Below, piece after piece: positions 32,201 to 41,399 of a DNA stretch of 64,000 bases; within the stretch, counting starts at the first letter, position 1; each line of letters begins with the position of its first letter. The position numbers and the translations under genes were made by a program. Source of the stretch: Marsupella aquatica (lineage: Eukaryota; Plantae; Marchantiophyta); NCBI GenBank assembly GCA_973895155.1, contig OZ316891.1:16891651-16955650 (forward strand), given 5' to 3'. The notes under the pieces are model-generated. The model was not told the origin of the DNA. It saw nothing but the letters and a program-made list of their open reading frames with translations, and did no database searches.

Positions 32201-32648
32201 AGGGTACGTACTGAACACGGGTACGTTGTGCAGCTGCCATCGGTGCAGCCGGTGCCTGTATCAACACAGGTGGTAATGGCGCTTGTTGGGCCACCGGTAA
32301 CAGCACCGATGATAGGTGTGAGATGATTTGTGGCAATGCAGTGAGCTCTGGGATCAGATTTTGTAACTCAGACTGCACCAACACAAAGGGCTCTCCTTCT
32401 TCTCGCTCGTGATCTATGTCTGGCTCTTCGTCTGGGCATATGGCCTCATTACGTTGAGCCTCTTCCTGTTGCACACCAACTTGTTCTTCCAGCACCAGTG
32501 GCAACCTCCTCTCTTCTGCAAGCCGTAAGCGTTCTTCGGCAGCAACTCGTCGTCTGGTCCCAATCCAAGAGGGCCCCCCTTCTAGCTCTGATCTTGGGGT
32601 ACGTGTGTGTTGGGGACTTCCTCTACCTCCCCTTCTCCCTCTCGGCAT
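26250..32648 (-). CDS. gag-pol: Gag-Pol polyprotein, family B (2132 aa, single frame)
   Basis: Gag, three zinc knuckles, protease VDGGSG, RT FIDD, RNase H, integrase with GPY motif. Stop codon is 36 nt inside the LTR. Confidence 0.97.
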   Translation of the reverse strand: MPRGRRGGRGSPQHTRTPRSELEGGPSWIGTRRRVAAEERLRLAEERRLPLVLEEQVGVQQEEAQRNEAICPDEEPDIDHEREEGEPFVLVQSELQNLIPELTALPQIISHLSSVLLPVAQQAPLPPVLIQAPAAPMAAAQRTRVQYVPFKGRPKDDPDEWIEEFEGIAEANGESAHKLTIIPGMMRGEAGPWFISLLANVKADWALFKQAFLKEFRSIGVEATSLLKVGQLRMKKKESLRRFLQRFQKLVRRIQARTDDAMRQAWFVAALPSKMGFFVRQAKPTTLAEAIAAAESYTAADATSKRCRRKKLKPVDSSSSEESSGSDSDSSDESEDSESTTESDTTESEAERRRRKKKKLSKKVKKSSHREVILPTVAVTPLSTARRLKEQEARYDELTEQMKALKVHFAGLKPEWRKVPVERANVWCTKCMKFGHAPKECPAGEPAKVFQVREEDVEGASYSNPSYAAEGPIEYFMEEPPEANVYSVQPLNPGPRSIHGVSTNAGAPAYSNYPNANPGNRPPYPGVRKIPICYNCRVAGHYANVCPEPTRQGNGDFARLCQLCKGEGHLAPHCPTLEAFKAQPIGAQEKKGPPPPLKEASVNFLTTEAVDTPLITRREETVVNIPKQRMTTITEEVVPLVVVVSPVVEIPVVVVATSTEVEVANPSPPSHEWTHAENLPEEDSDEERRHYSCYRVSTRSGKKKGKSELKQKYKEVHQASTSGTSHEPEVPPMEDSDFDRDNPKLFYPKVGEEVRKQLEELEAQAMQAAIDKDMEEAKARKKAEERVVRWKPGEEVIPPIPPATAYNIAQDILDCPVSATIGQLLRDSSLYRRQVKEILMRRRRRRRLPKVGADPIQVNWVTEDLGAPELTVDINGCAIRFVPVDGGSGVNIMTEETANRLGYTELEPPARAMRLADGARVVPLGCLTKIPTMIGGKSFPLNYLVMRPVRPYGFPILIGRPWLYVAKVTSDWGKRQFRFGIPTITIPWSAESPHGETTTMEEEYDSEVTSDEDEDEVYMVKLISHLTEEDVFGPGVATQEHAVEESVSQVHAVLEEMEDERSKIVEAEPLEIHDREAEDHPEEVEMQAHTIMFDDEQREQFLNDILDDDFREELLSHYKESDVEEIMAHVTKDPPPSRPDQEESDAPVYGGMRLARLEETFDEETRNKLDVIRPEQYTKVEVGEGKTLNIGSKLDATEQRTIQELLKEYQDVFAWSHQDLKGVPPEFGEHSIDLMSGARPVRQRQYRLNPKYSLMVKEEIDRLLDAGFIYPVMHSEWVSPIVIVPKKKGPDGKVKIRVCQDFRKLNDATKKDHYPLPFTDIVLDMVAGWEIYSFLDGYSGYNQIWIREEDQLKTAFTTEWGIFAFRRMPFGLCNAPGMFQRLMMNIFHDFLRRFLEIFIDDFAVYGKRVKHPEHLRLTFQRCRETCLKLHPEKCFFGIEEGILLGHKVSARGIEVDREKVAVWVAVSFPKNVKEVRGFLGCVGYYRRFIKDFAKVAMPLTSMLKKGSEFEPTPSRQAAFDELKKRLLEAPVLITPNWNKEFHVYVDVSGFCIGAVLSQLDDDGRDHPIYFASRQLAPAEKNYSPTDREALGIIYACKKYRHYLLGYKVVFHTDHNSLKYMVNKPDLSGRIARWVLLLQEFNYEVRVRSGKSHSNADFFSRIEGASDSQEIDDRFPDEEVFSMNTEATTWYGEILEFLRTARVPSRLGPERAAVFLRKTGPYLLVKGVLHKYGMDGRLRRCLEEAEIRTVMAALHEEEAGGHFARETTARKILDAGYWWPTLFRDVHRYIQRCDPCQRQGKPGPSSRHPLVPILPLAPFEKWGVDFIGPFTPITRRGRKRYIILATDYATKWVEARATAKDDANTTARFLYEQIFTRFGPPLELVSDRGTHFLNHTIERLTENYLISHRKTTPYHPRANGLTERANGIMGKILNKTVSAHKTDWDLKLLAATYAYNLAHKTTTGHSPYFLVFGQHSLVPVEFEVPTIRILTREREGAEESVASRIQQLEQLTETREEALTHTEQEQGKRKSHYDSRLRRVSIEEGDLVLLYDSRFMHFPGKLHTRWMGPYVVDAVYSNGSVQLKTLEGQLLNTRINQERLKKYYTEEEYGARGGASQLREELCDGYPVTGSHT
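26286..26302 (-). promoter_or_regulatory. Polypurine tract, B1
   Basis: AATTAAGAGAGGAGCTA on the minus strand, adjacent to the LTR TG. Confidence 0.85.
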
Positions 32649-32865
32649 CCCATTGAGACCTGCATTCCAAACTTACACCAATGTCTCAGAAAGCAATATT
32701 TGTAAACATCAACCGTCGCACGATGCGTTGTGGTTGACGTACAATAACAAAGTAACCAACAAACTTCTCACGTATCAACCGTCGCAAGTTGCGTTGTGGT
32801 TGATAGGTTTGAACTCCCAATAGACGTAGCTCCCCTCCTTCGTGTCGTCAAACAAGAAGAAGGAT

Positions 32866-32883
32866 TCCCCGGCAGCGGCGCCA
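32866..32883 (-). promoter_or_regulatory. Primer binding site, tRNA-Asp type (Athila-like), B1
   Basis: TGGCGCCGCTGCCGGGGA on the minus strand, 20 nt from the LTR end. Confidence 0.8.
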
Positions 32884-32903
32884 AAAACAAAAGACCACAC
32901 TTA

Positions 32904-35900
32904 TGTCACTTGCCTCTCCAACGGTTAATACGTGCAAACCGCACTTTTCTTCGCTTAAACCGTTGGTATCGTATTACGGGGTCGTGGAGGGACGCTATTT
33001 GGATTCTTTTCACACCAGGATGAGTATTTTGGTTTCCGCTCCCGGAAATGTAGGTTTTGATCAAGTCTACCGACTACCCTCACCCCACAGCTTTTGATCA
33101 AGTCCTGCCGACTACCCCACTACACCTTCACTCGGAGTCACCCAAAGAGTGCTGTCACCACCCCTACTCACAAGGCCGACTCAAACCAAGCAAGTTTCTT
33201 CAAATCATAGAACGGGAGAACACAATTCGGAAAGCGAAAAAGGGAGAAGGAACACACAACAAAAGCCCATCAAGTCAAATGTACAGATCCATATCTCTTG
33301 GGAAAAACGATACACATTGCATGAGTAACCCGGCCTCCTGCCGTCTACTCAACTCCTGCCTCTCCGGACAATGAGTATGGCTCCCCCTCACTACTCTGAA
33401 CACGCTTTCAAACTCCTCAGGCTCCACTCTATCCCTCCTTGCTAACTTCACACTGAGTCCCCCTAACTACTTCGGGGCTATCCCCCTAAATACTGAAAAA
33501 TCACACCAAAGCACCCCTCACAGGGTCACAACGGTGGCGGCTACCCTAGCGGCGCCGCTAAAACCTTGCACTAAGAGAAATCCTTAAACTGAAGAGGAGC
33601 ATGCGGCACACACATGCTGCTAAAACCCTAAACCCAAAACAAGGGGGCCGACGGTGCCTTCGACGGCGCCCCAACAGTACACGTGAACCCTGAAAGTGAG
33701 AGGCACCCCAAAATGGCCGAAACTAGGTGCCCTTCCAAGTGCACACCTGAGCTCACCCCTGGATAGCTCTTCTTTTCCTGCTTCCGAATCACTAAGTCGC
33801 TCCCTCAACGGACTTCAGACGCCTGAGTTATGGCCGTTTCCGTACCGCAAAAACATAAGTTCTCCAGGCCATAACTTGCTCATCCTGGCTCCGTTTGAGG
33901 AGCGCCGCCTCTTGTTGGAATCAGCTCCGCGAGCTCATCCCAACAAGCCCATGAGTGACCCCCCACTAAAATGTTGGAAATCTGGAGGCCGTACACCCAC
34001 GTCCGTACGCCTATCTAATCCTCCTCTTCTTCTTCGCTCTCGGTGCCCGGACTTGTGCCCCGTGAGTGGTCCTCCTCCTCATCACTCACGGGAGTGAGTG
34101 CCACCGTACTTTTCTTCTTCTTCGACGGAGTACTCTTAGTGCTGCTGCTCCCGCGCTTCCTCAAAGCAGCCAAGGCCTGCCACGCCTTGATGTACCCCTC
34201 ACCAATTGTGTCCTTCCAGAGGGTAGCCTCTTCTCCGGACCGCAACTCCAACGGTAGAACTTGCCCCGTGGCCATGGGAGTCCCGGGGGTGACAGACCTG
34301 GGTGGCATCCCCGTACTGACCTGAGCCTCCCGTAACGATTTCCGTACCTCCCGGAGCTTCTTCTCCAAGCTCTTACTCTTCTCCTGACTCTTCTTGGCTC
34401 CATCCAACAAGGGTCCATACTTCCCACTAACCTCCTTCACCACCATCTCGATAGCTTGGGAGATCACATCCGGGGAAAGTGTGGAGCCAGGTGTGCCGGG
34501 ACTCTTCCGTTTCCCTAGACTCAGGGCCTCACTTCTCTTCGCTCGTGTCTCAAAGGCTGCCACCTGACTCCGTAGTGCTCCCACCTGGTTCCTCCACTCC
34601 ATCACTTCTCCAGAATTTTGCTTCTCTTTGGCCAATGCTTGCCTCAACGCTCCTACTTCTTCTGCTTCCTTGGCCTTGGTGGACAAAGCTCCCTTCAAGT
34701 TGGTGATCTCTACGTGAGCTGCATTGATGTGCCTGACCTTCTCATGAATGGTCTGCTCCTTGGTCTTGATCACCTCCTTCAGTGACAGGATGCTCTGCTC
34801 TAACGTCTCTACTTTGACTGTGGCGTGCTTGAGAGACTCCCTCAATGCGTGGACTAGCTTGAGTCCCTCGTGGACTCCCTCTCTGAAATCCCGTAGCTCT
34901 GCCAAGTAAACATCCGGAATGTTGTATTCCAGAGGCTGTTTCGGATCTCCCACGAGTGATTCAAGCCACTCCAATGTGCAATCATCCTCCTGGTTCTCTT
35001 CTTCTCTATTATCCTCCCCACCAGCAGACAATGATTCCTCCGTGAGCTTCCCTAAAACGGTAGTGGCAATACTCCGGATCTCCGTGGTGAGAGATGATCC
35101 CGTGTCTTCATGCCCCGGAGAACCAATCAACCCTTCTGCCCTGGCCAATACAAATGACCCCATCAAATGTACAGCCCCACCTGGTTTCACACTCCCGGGC
35201 TCAGCGGCCAATAGCTTCTTCAATCCGTAGCACCACCATCCGTACACATGGGCTGGGTAGTTCTTGATGTCCATAGCTACCACGAAATGCTCCTCATTCA
35301 GCACTCCGGATTGCACGTTGCCAAGAACCCGTTGATGCACCTTGGCCAGGAAGCCCTTATACTCAACATCCTTGACAGCAGAAAGAGGGATGGCGGTGGT
35401 GGAGGTAGGATTGGTCACCCAAGTGGCCACCATTTTCAACGTGAGTTCTCCCCTGATATTCCGAGGTGTGAATGAGAATTTCTGATTCTCAAGAAACAAT
35501 AGCTTAGCCAACTCCACATGGGGCACTACACGTTTGAGACATTCAAAGTAGATTCCCTCCGTTCGGAACTCCATCCCGGCCTCAATGTCCCAGCTCTTCC
35601 CTGAAGGGATGGTAATCTCCACCTTCATGAATTCTGTAAGCCCGGTGGCTTGGAAAATGTTCCGACAATCCTCCATCACCTTGGTGGAGGTCTTGGGATA
35701 AATTCGACGAAAAATCTTCCTACCCACCGGTGAGGAACCCGCTGCCAATCCCGTGCTCATCATAACTTCTCTCTCTTCCCTTTCCCGTGTAATCCGAGTC
35801 TCCACGTAGTCACGGTAAGCAGCCTTGTATCTCCGAATGCGTGACGCACTAAACTCTGGTTGATCTAGCATCCATGCATCCCGAAATCAATTTCTCAATC

Positions 35901-36981
35901 ACCAATCCCGTCACCCGTGGCAATGTCAATTCCCTGGCCCGAAACAGCCCCCGTAGCCCGATCACTTAAATTCTCTCAATTTCCCGTCACCACTCCGTGC
36001 GGCCGCCACTAATGCCTGGAAGAATGACGCCAGCAAGCCCCACTAATCCACCATGAAAGAGAGAGCTTCAAAAATAATTAGAATCTAGAGAGAGCTTCCG
36101 GCAAGAGAGAGAAGAACCCCGTTTTTGCTTTCGGCAATGAGAGGGTCGTGCAAAAGGAAGAGGGAAAGAAAAAGGAAGGAAAAAAAAATAGAACCGAAAA
36201 AACTCCTGGCGCCTTCGCCATGCGCCCCGGCCCATTTCTCGGGCCTTACCCTTGCGTCCTCCTGCGCGCGGCCCTATGCAGGGCGCGCGGCCATTCCTCC
36301 CGGCTCGCGGGAGGCCCTTCAACTCCCCCCCGCTCGCGTGATCCTCCCAGCTCGCGGGAGGCCCTTTAACTCCCCCCCGCTCGCGTGATCCTCCCAGCTC
36401 GCGGGAGGCCCTTTAACTCCCCCCCGCTCGCGTGATCCTCCCAGCTCGCGGGAGGCCCTTTAACTCCCCCCCCCCCGCTCGCTTGCGCTCCTTCAGCTCG
36501 CGGAGCCTCATTAATTGCCCGGGCACGCAGCCCTATGGGCTCGCGAGGCAGCCCCTTCAGCTCGCGGAGCCCCATTAATCGCCCGGGCACGCAGCCCTAT
36601 GGGCTCGCGAGGCAGCCCCTCTTTCTCTCGGACGGCCACTAATGGGACTCGCCCTCCTGAGGAGGGATTTATTTAAAAAAAACCCCCCCCTCTCCTGACT
36701 TTGCAATGGGGGTCTCAACAATAGCTCTTGAAGCAAAACGGTAAGTCCTATGGGGCTGGTCCTGGCTAGTTTCAAGGTCCCAAAATATTTGCCCACTTAG
36801 GTCGCCGCAAATCTTAGAACTATTATGAGAGAAAGAATATAAAGTCACCTGGGGCATCATCAACCTATAATGACGGAATTAACTAAAAATTAAAAAATGG
36901 CTTATTTACATTGACTATTAACAAGGTATCGGCCTTTGCAACCAGTTATGTGTGACTTCCCGTGACGGGGTACCCGTCACA
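32904..36981 (-). repeat. B1 5' LTR (4078 bp)
   Basis: Direct repeat of 22207-26285. I saw about 2 substitutions and one homopolymer indel. Confidence 0.96.
34015..35871 (-). CDS. LTR-encoded 618-aa protein (B1 5' LTR copy)
   Basis: Translation identical to 23318-25174. Confidence 0.85.
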   Translation of the reverse strand: MLDQPEFSASRIRRYKAAYRDYVETRITREREEREVMMSTGLAAGSSPVGRKIFRRIYPKTSTKVMEDCRNIFQATGLTEFMKVEITIPSGKSWDIEAGMEFRTEGIYFECLKRVVPHVELAKLLFLENQKFSFTPRNIRGELTLKMVATWVTNPTSTTAIPLSAVKDVEYKGFLAKVHQRVLGNVQSGVLNEEHFVVAMDIKNYPAHVYGWWCYGLKKLLAAEPGSVKPGGAVHLMGSFVLARAEGLIGSPGHEDTGSSLTTEIRSIATTVLGKLTEESLSAGGEDNREEENQEDDCTLEWLESLVGDPKQPLEYNIPDVYLAELRDFREGVHEGLKLVHALRESLKHATVKVETLEQSILSLKEVIKTKEQTIHEKVRHINAAHVEITNLKGALSTKAKEAEEVGALRQALAKEKQNSGEVMEWRNQVGALRSQVAAFETRAKRSEALSLGKRKSPGTPGSTLSPDVISQAIEMVVKEVSGKYGPLLDGAKKSQEKSKSLEKKLREVRKSLREAQVSTGMPPRSVTPGTPMATGQVLPLELRSGEEATLWKDTIGEGYIKAWQALAALRKRGSSSTKSTPSKKKKSTVALTPVSDEEEDHSRGTSPGTESEEEEED

Positions 36982-37782
36982 CCTGGGGAGTGCCACTGCG
37001 GTTGGTAACGGGCCCGGGGCGGCCACGGTCACTATGTTGTCTGCTGGGGCCGCTCCTGGGGTCAGAGCAGGGGGTGGGGACGATATAGTGTCGCCCCCCC
37101 GAGCGCTTGTTCCTCTAGGCCGCCTGGTCAAGGGTGGGGTAGCCTCGTCGTCATCGCTAAGATCCACAGCGTTGATGACGGAGCGTACCTGTGCTGGCTG
37201 GGTGATAGGTGGTGGGGTTTGGCTAGGCTGCGGCTGAGGCTGAAGCTGAAGCTGAGGTTGAGGCTGAGGTTGCATGGGCACGGGTACGGGTACGGGTCCG
37301 GCTGAGTTGGTCATGTTGGTTGATGGCCGAGTTCCCATGAAGCTCTGCAGGTGCTGGTAGAAGTTCTCCGAAGCGAGTGCGGACGCCCTTGTCAAACGGT
37401 TGGTACTGGACTCGCCGTTAATGACAGCCCGAACCTGGGCAGGGATGTGGTCGAAGTGATGTCGCTGCAGGTCGATTGTACCCGGGATATTGAAGACCTC
37501 GTCCGGAAGCCGAAGCAATGCTTCCCAGAACCCGATATATTTGTCTCCGTTGAAGAAGTACCCAGACACCTCAGCTGGTCGGTAAAGCTCGCTCTGAGAC
37601 GGGTAGTCAAAGTTAAGGACGTAGTGGTGTCGTCCTGCTAGGCGGATGGCTCTCTCGTATTCGCGTTCGATCTTGTATCGGCGCGGGTTGGCGTGTTTCA
37701 ATGAATCGGCCAAGTGCCTTCCGGTAGATAGGAACTGCGTCCAGAATTGAATGGCCGAGCTGGAGAGGATCGTGTGCGACAT
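36982..37782 (-). pseudogene. N-terminal part of the family D LTR-encoded ORF
   Basis: MSHTILSSSAIQFW...ALPR joins in frame to PDREDGE... at 22201 when B1 and one TSD copy are removed. Confidence 0.8.
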
Positions 37783-37883
37783 TCAGAGGAGATAGTAGTG
37801 GCGACCTAGAGAGAACGAGAGAGCTGGGGTCGAAGCTGGCGCGCGGACTGATGGACTGGTGCACTACAAAGGGTTGGCTCCCC

Positions 37884-37890
37884 TTTTATA
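37884..37890 (-). promoter_or_regulatory. TATA box candidate for the D LTR ORF
   Basis: TATAAAA on the minus strand, about 100 nt upstream of ATG 37782. Confidence 0.5.
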
Positions 37891-38779
37891 CTTTGAGGGC
37901 TCGTCGATCCCCGACGTCTCCTCGACGCCCATAGGTTGAACCGCTCACGCTTGTGGTGTACCGGCCACTCCGCCGGTCTGAGTCAGCGTGCGTCAGTGGC
38001 CGCTTCCTTAAGTTCGTTATACGGACCCGACGAAGGGGCCCCTCCACGCTCGTAACCCGGGTGTGCGAATAGTGACCCGCCGCCAGCCCGAACCTGAAGT
38101 CCCCCTTATTGCCTAATGATGTCCTACCCCTAATGATTACCTAAATACTGTCGTTATGCTAATAATAGCGGCCTAAGACCCACCTAACGCGCGTGCCGAG
38201 CGCAGTTAGACTGAATCATTCATTAACCGCCGTACCGGCAGCGTCACACCTGCCACCCTCGGACCAACTTTGGTCCCTAAACATTTGGCCCCCAACCCGG
38301 ATCCCATTGCGCATAACATTGGGCGTGTCACTAACTGGCAACGCCCATAACTTTCTTGATAGGCATCCGCAAGCGGAGTACCTTAGCCCGTTGTGACCAG
38401 GCCGACCCAGTGCTCATGCCTAGGCCCTCAGGTCTGATCGCCGCTCGGGGCCCCCGACCGGCCCAACCTGGATCGAACCACAACTTGCGCCCCAAGCGTC
38501 CGTTGCCAATGGCGTCAACTCCATTGGCCTTGGGCCCAAGAGGAGCTCACTCCCAAGCCCTCAGAACTCAAAGCCTCTCCGACGGTCCGGACGGCCATCC
38601 TTGAGCCCGACCCATTTCTCCTTGACCCTACCAGCCATAGGGTAGTCCAAGTCCTTAGTGTGTGTCCCCAGCTTGGCCCCTTGCCTCGCTAGTGCCACGT
38701 CTCATTGCCCACAAGTCTCCCCATGCTAAGTCCTCCCCGGATGGCCTATCCGGGCCTAGACCATAAGGGAGCTCGGCGT

Positions 38780-40649
38780 CGGAGTCAACGATGCCGGAGC
38801 TAAGTGTTAAGGTAGTTGAGTTCCACGACTTGCGATCAACCAGACCGGGCCAAGAGCAGAAGTCAAAGCGGTAGAAGACTTGGCTGAGCCCGAGGGTCCA
38901 GAAGACCCACCGGTGGCTATTCCGGAGGACAGGACGATGATGGAGGAAGACACTCCAGCCCCTTCCAACCCTACATCCTCAGGGCTGGATGTCACTACCC
39001 CGGCCCCCGCCCGAGTTAACGTCTGCCCGTGCCCAAATCTGGACGGGCACAAACTGGACCACCCGGAACTCTTCGTACCAGGTACATTTCTGAACGGGCT
39101 TTTGGGAGATTTCTCCCAACAGATTGCCCGGGATACCGGGGAGTTCATGGCTTGGAAGGTAGCCTACTTCTTCAATCAGGAGTTGGTTACCGCAATAAAG
39201 GCAGGTCGGGCCCAGTCGGAGGCCTCTCAAAGGATAGAGCGGTACTGGGTTGAGTCCGTGTACCTAAAGGACGAAGTTGCAGCTCAAGAGGCTGAGCTGT
39301 TGCAACTACGACCCAAGGTTGCAGCCGCCAATGAGATGTTAGCAAATGCGCACGCCCTTACTGCTCTAGCCAAACAGGCCAAAGCTGGGAAGGAGGCCGA
39401 GATTGCACGGCTTCGGACCCAGGTTGACAGTTTGAAGAACCAAACTGTCATCTGGCAAGAAAGACCTGGAGGAGGCCGAAGAGCGGGCCCAGCGTGACAC
39501 TACGGAGATTGCCACCCTGCAGACCGAAGTGGCATGGCTTCAAGCCGAAGCCGAGAAACAGACCCAGGTGGTGGACAAGCTGACGAGCAACGCCCAGCAA
39601 CTAGAAGAGGCATGCCAGGAGGCAGCTGAGGAGACGGATGCGGCAAAGCAAGAGAACAAATCTCTGCTAGACCAAGTCCAACTCCTCAAGACGGACAACA
39701 ACAGACTCCGTAGGCAGCGGGATGGCCGCTCCCACTCGGATGGCTCTGGCAAGCGCACCAGGCATTAGCGGAGGGTTAGGCTTAGAATAGAACTAGGAGT
39801 AGCTAAAACAGGCTATTAGGACAAGCGCCAGCCAAAAGATAGCGGCGCTGACACATTAGCCAGCCTCTGTAGAATAGGTTAGACTAATAGGACAAGCCGT
39901 AACCAGCTTAGTGAGGATATAAGTTAGTGTAGATTTGGGCACGAGGCCAGGCTGGTCCTTAGCCCTTAGTATTTAGCAACCCCTCGATAGAGGCAAGGGG
40001 GGGGATTTTAGACTCAGAAGTTGGCCATTCGCGGTACGCGTGGGGAGTCCCAAACTCGGTGAAGTACCGGAGTGCCAAGGGGAGGGTATACAACTAAGCT
40101 TGCTGGGCGAGTGCGGAGCCAGGCTCTGTTGTAGTGTATACTCCTCGGCCTTGGGCCCATTCGTTCACGAGGTGTCGGATCAACCAATCGTAAGTGTATG
40201 ATCATAAATGAATGAAATCCTTTCCCCTCAATTCCTTCGTGTAAATTGAGATTTATGTTTATGTGTAAATGCATGTATGAGTCTTGTGTGCAAGTATCAA
40301 TGTCGGGCCGAACACGTTATGCCAAGCATGCACGGGGTGTAGGTTACGGATACGGGGTTGCGAGCCAAGGTTGAGCACTTGTACTAATGGATCCGGATCA
40401 AAGGCGGTAACAGGAAGGCTTAGAAGTCCGTAAGCTGGGGTTGACCCCGTGTCGACTAAGGTACGTTCTGGCGGCGGAACACAAACTATACCTAGGAGGT
40501 GTTTATACATAATAGTAAGCGCACTTAGCGCTAATTTACGTGAGTTAGGAGCATTCAGTGCGTCCCTCCCTGCCCGAATCCTCATATTTACGAAGGATGT
40601 GCATGTCTAAGCCGAAGCCCGGGTTAAGGCCTAGGCTGACAACGTGACA
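38780..40649 (+). mobile_element. Partial LTR E (D-family relative, opposite orientation; 5' boundary unresolved)
   Basis: Colinear with the reverse complement of about 19457-21300. Ends ...AACGTGACA at 40649. Confidence 0.8.
38835..39768 (+). pseudogene. Frameshifted C-terminal part of the D/E LTR ORF
   Basis: PPVAIPE...CPCPN...LDHPELFV...GEFMAWKVA is shared with D. Frameshift near 39460. Confidence 0.75.
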
Positions 40650-40833
40650 ATTCTTGAAGTCCTCGCAAAGTTCTTTAGGCTGAAGGGTAGCCTGAGGCTG
40701 ACTTAAGCGGAGTTTGACAAGATCCCGGGTTACATAAACCAACAGATTGCAGCCAAGAAGCGCGAAGAAGACATCGGCATACAACAGGAAGCGGCGTGTA
40801 ATCTCGTGTTTCTCGGGAAAGCTCCAACACCTT
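40650..40833 (+). pseudogene. Relic G, N-terminal fragment of another LTR-ORF homolog
   Basis: Translates ...FFRLKGSLRLT*AEFDKIPGYINQQI, similar to D VFNIPGTIDLQRHHFDHIPAQVRAVI. Continues after F at 47955. Confidence 0.5.
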
Positions 40834-41217
40834 TGTGACGCCAATGACATGGTCCTTATTTTGTAATCTGATTAAGTAGGTTGCTGTATGCAAGGAGTAG
40901 CTATTGATATTGCATAACAATTAGCAAGATGGCAAGAATAAGGGCAATCATGGCGTTAAGAGTAGGGAAATAAAAACTATATCGCGGGTGGTCGACGACC
41001 ACATCTCTTTCAATATGTCATCAAATCCGGATCTGTAAAGAGCATTGGAAAGATCTGGTCAAGGCGAGTAAAATCGATATAAAACACTCGAGAAACGGAG
41101 GTGTATTAAGAAAGATACGGCCTGATTAGTGTGACGGGTTAACTTGTGGCCGGAATTAGCGGATTCGGCTTCAGTTTCGGGTTAACCCAAGCTCGATCAC
41201 GGCTTAGCTTATGTGAG

Positions 41218-41399
41218 CACGGCTTCAGCATAGCTCAGGTCAGCACGGCTTCAGCTTAGCTTAGGTAAGCACGGCTTCAGCTTAGCTCAGGTAAGAACGG
41301 CTTCAGCTTAGCTCAGATCAGCACGGCTTCAGGTTAGCTCAGGTCAACACGGCTTCAGCTTAGCTCAGGTCAGGGCGGCCTCAGCTTAGCATAGGTAAG
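41218..41399. repeat. 26-bp tandem repeat x7 in LTR F
   Basis: Consensus CACGGCTTCAGCTTAGCTCAGGT(C/A)AG. Confidence 0.9.

Larger units (their letters stand above)
22207..36981 (-). mobile_element. Ty3/Gypsy LTR retrotransposon, family B copy 1, complete (14775 bp)
   Basis: Near-identical 4.08-kb LTRs, TSD CCTGG at 22202-22206 and 36982-36986, intact single gag-pol ORF, PBS and PPT. Confidence 0.98.
19457..38248 (-). mobile_element. Family D solo LTR (about 4.0 kb once B1 is removed)
   Basis: Minus strand TGTGACGC...ACGTGACA. TSD CCTGC at 19452-19456 and 38249-38253. Homologous to LTR E. Confidence 0.85.

Noticed and set aside
26563-32276. Numerous short ORFs overlapping gag-pol and the LTR ORFs, mostly antisense
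   Set aside because: Shadow frames with no recognisable domains. They recur only because the copies are nearly identical.
36946-37782. 278-aa ORF ending in the same CDGYPVTGSHT as Gag-Pol
   Set aside because: It is the D ORF N-terminus reading into the B1 LTR start, not a separate gene.
41130-41140. TGTGACGGG as the start of another LTR
   Set aside because: No matching end or TSD found. The 40834 start has a confirmed ACCTT TSD.
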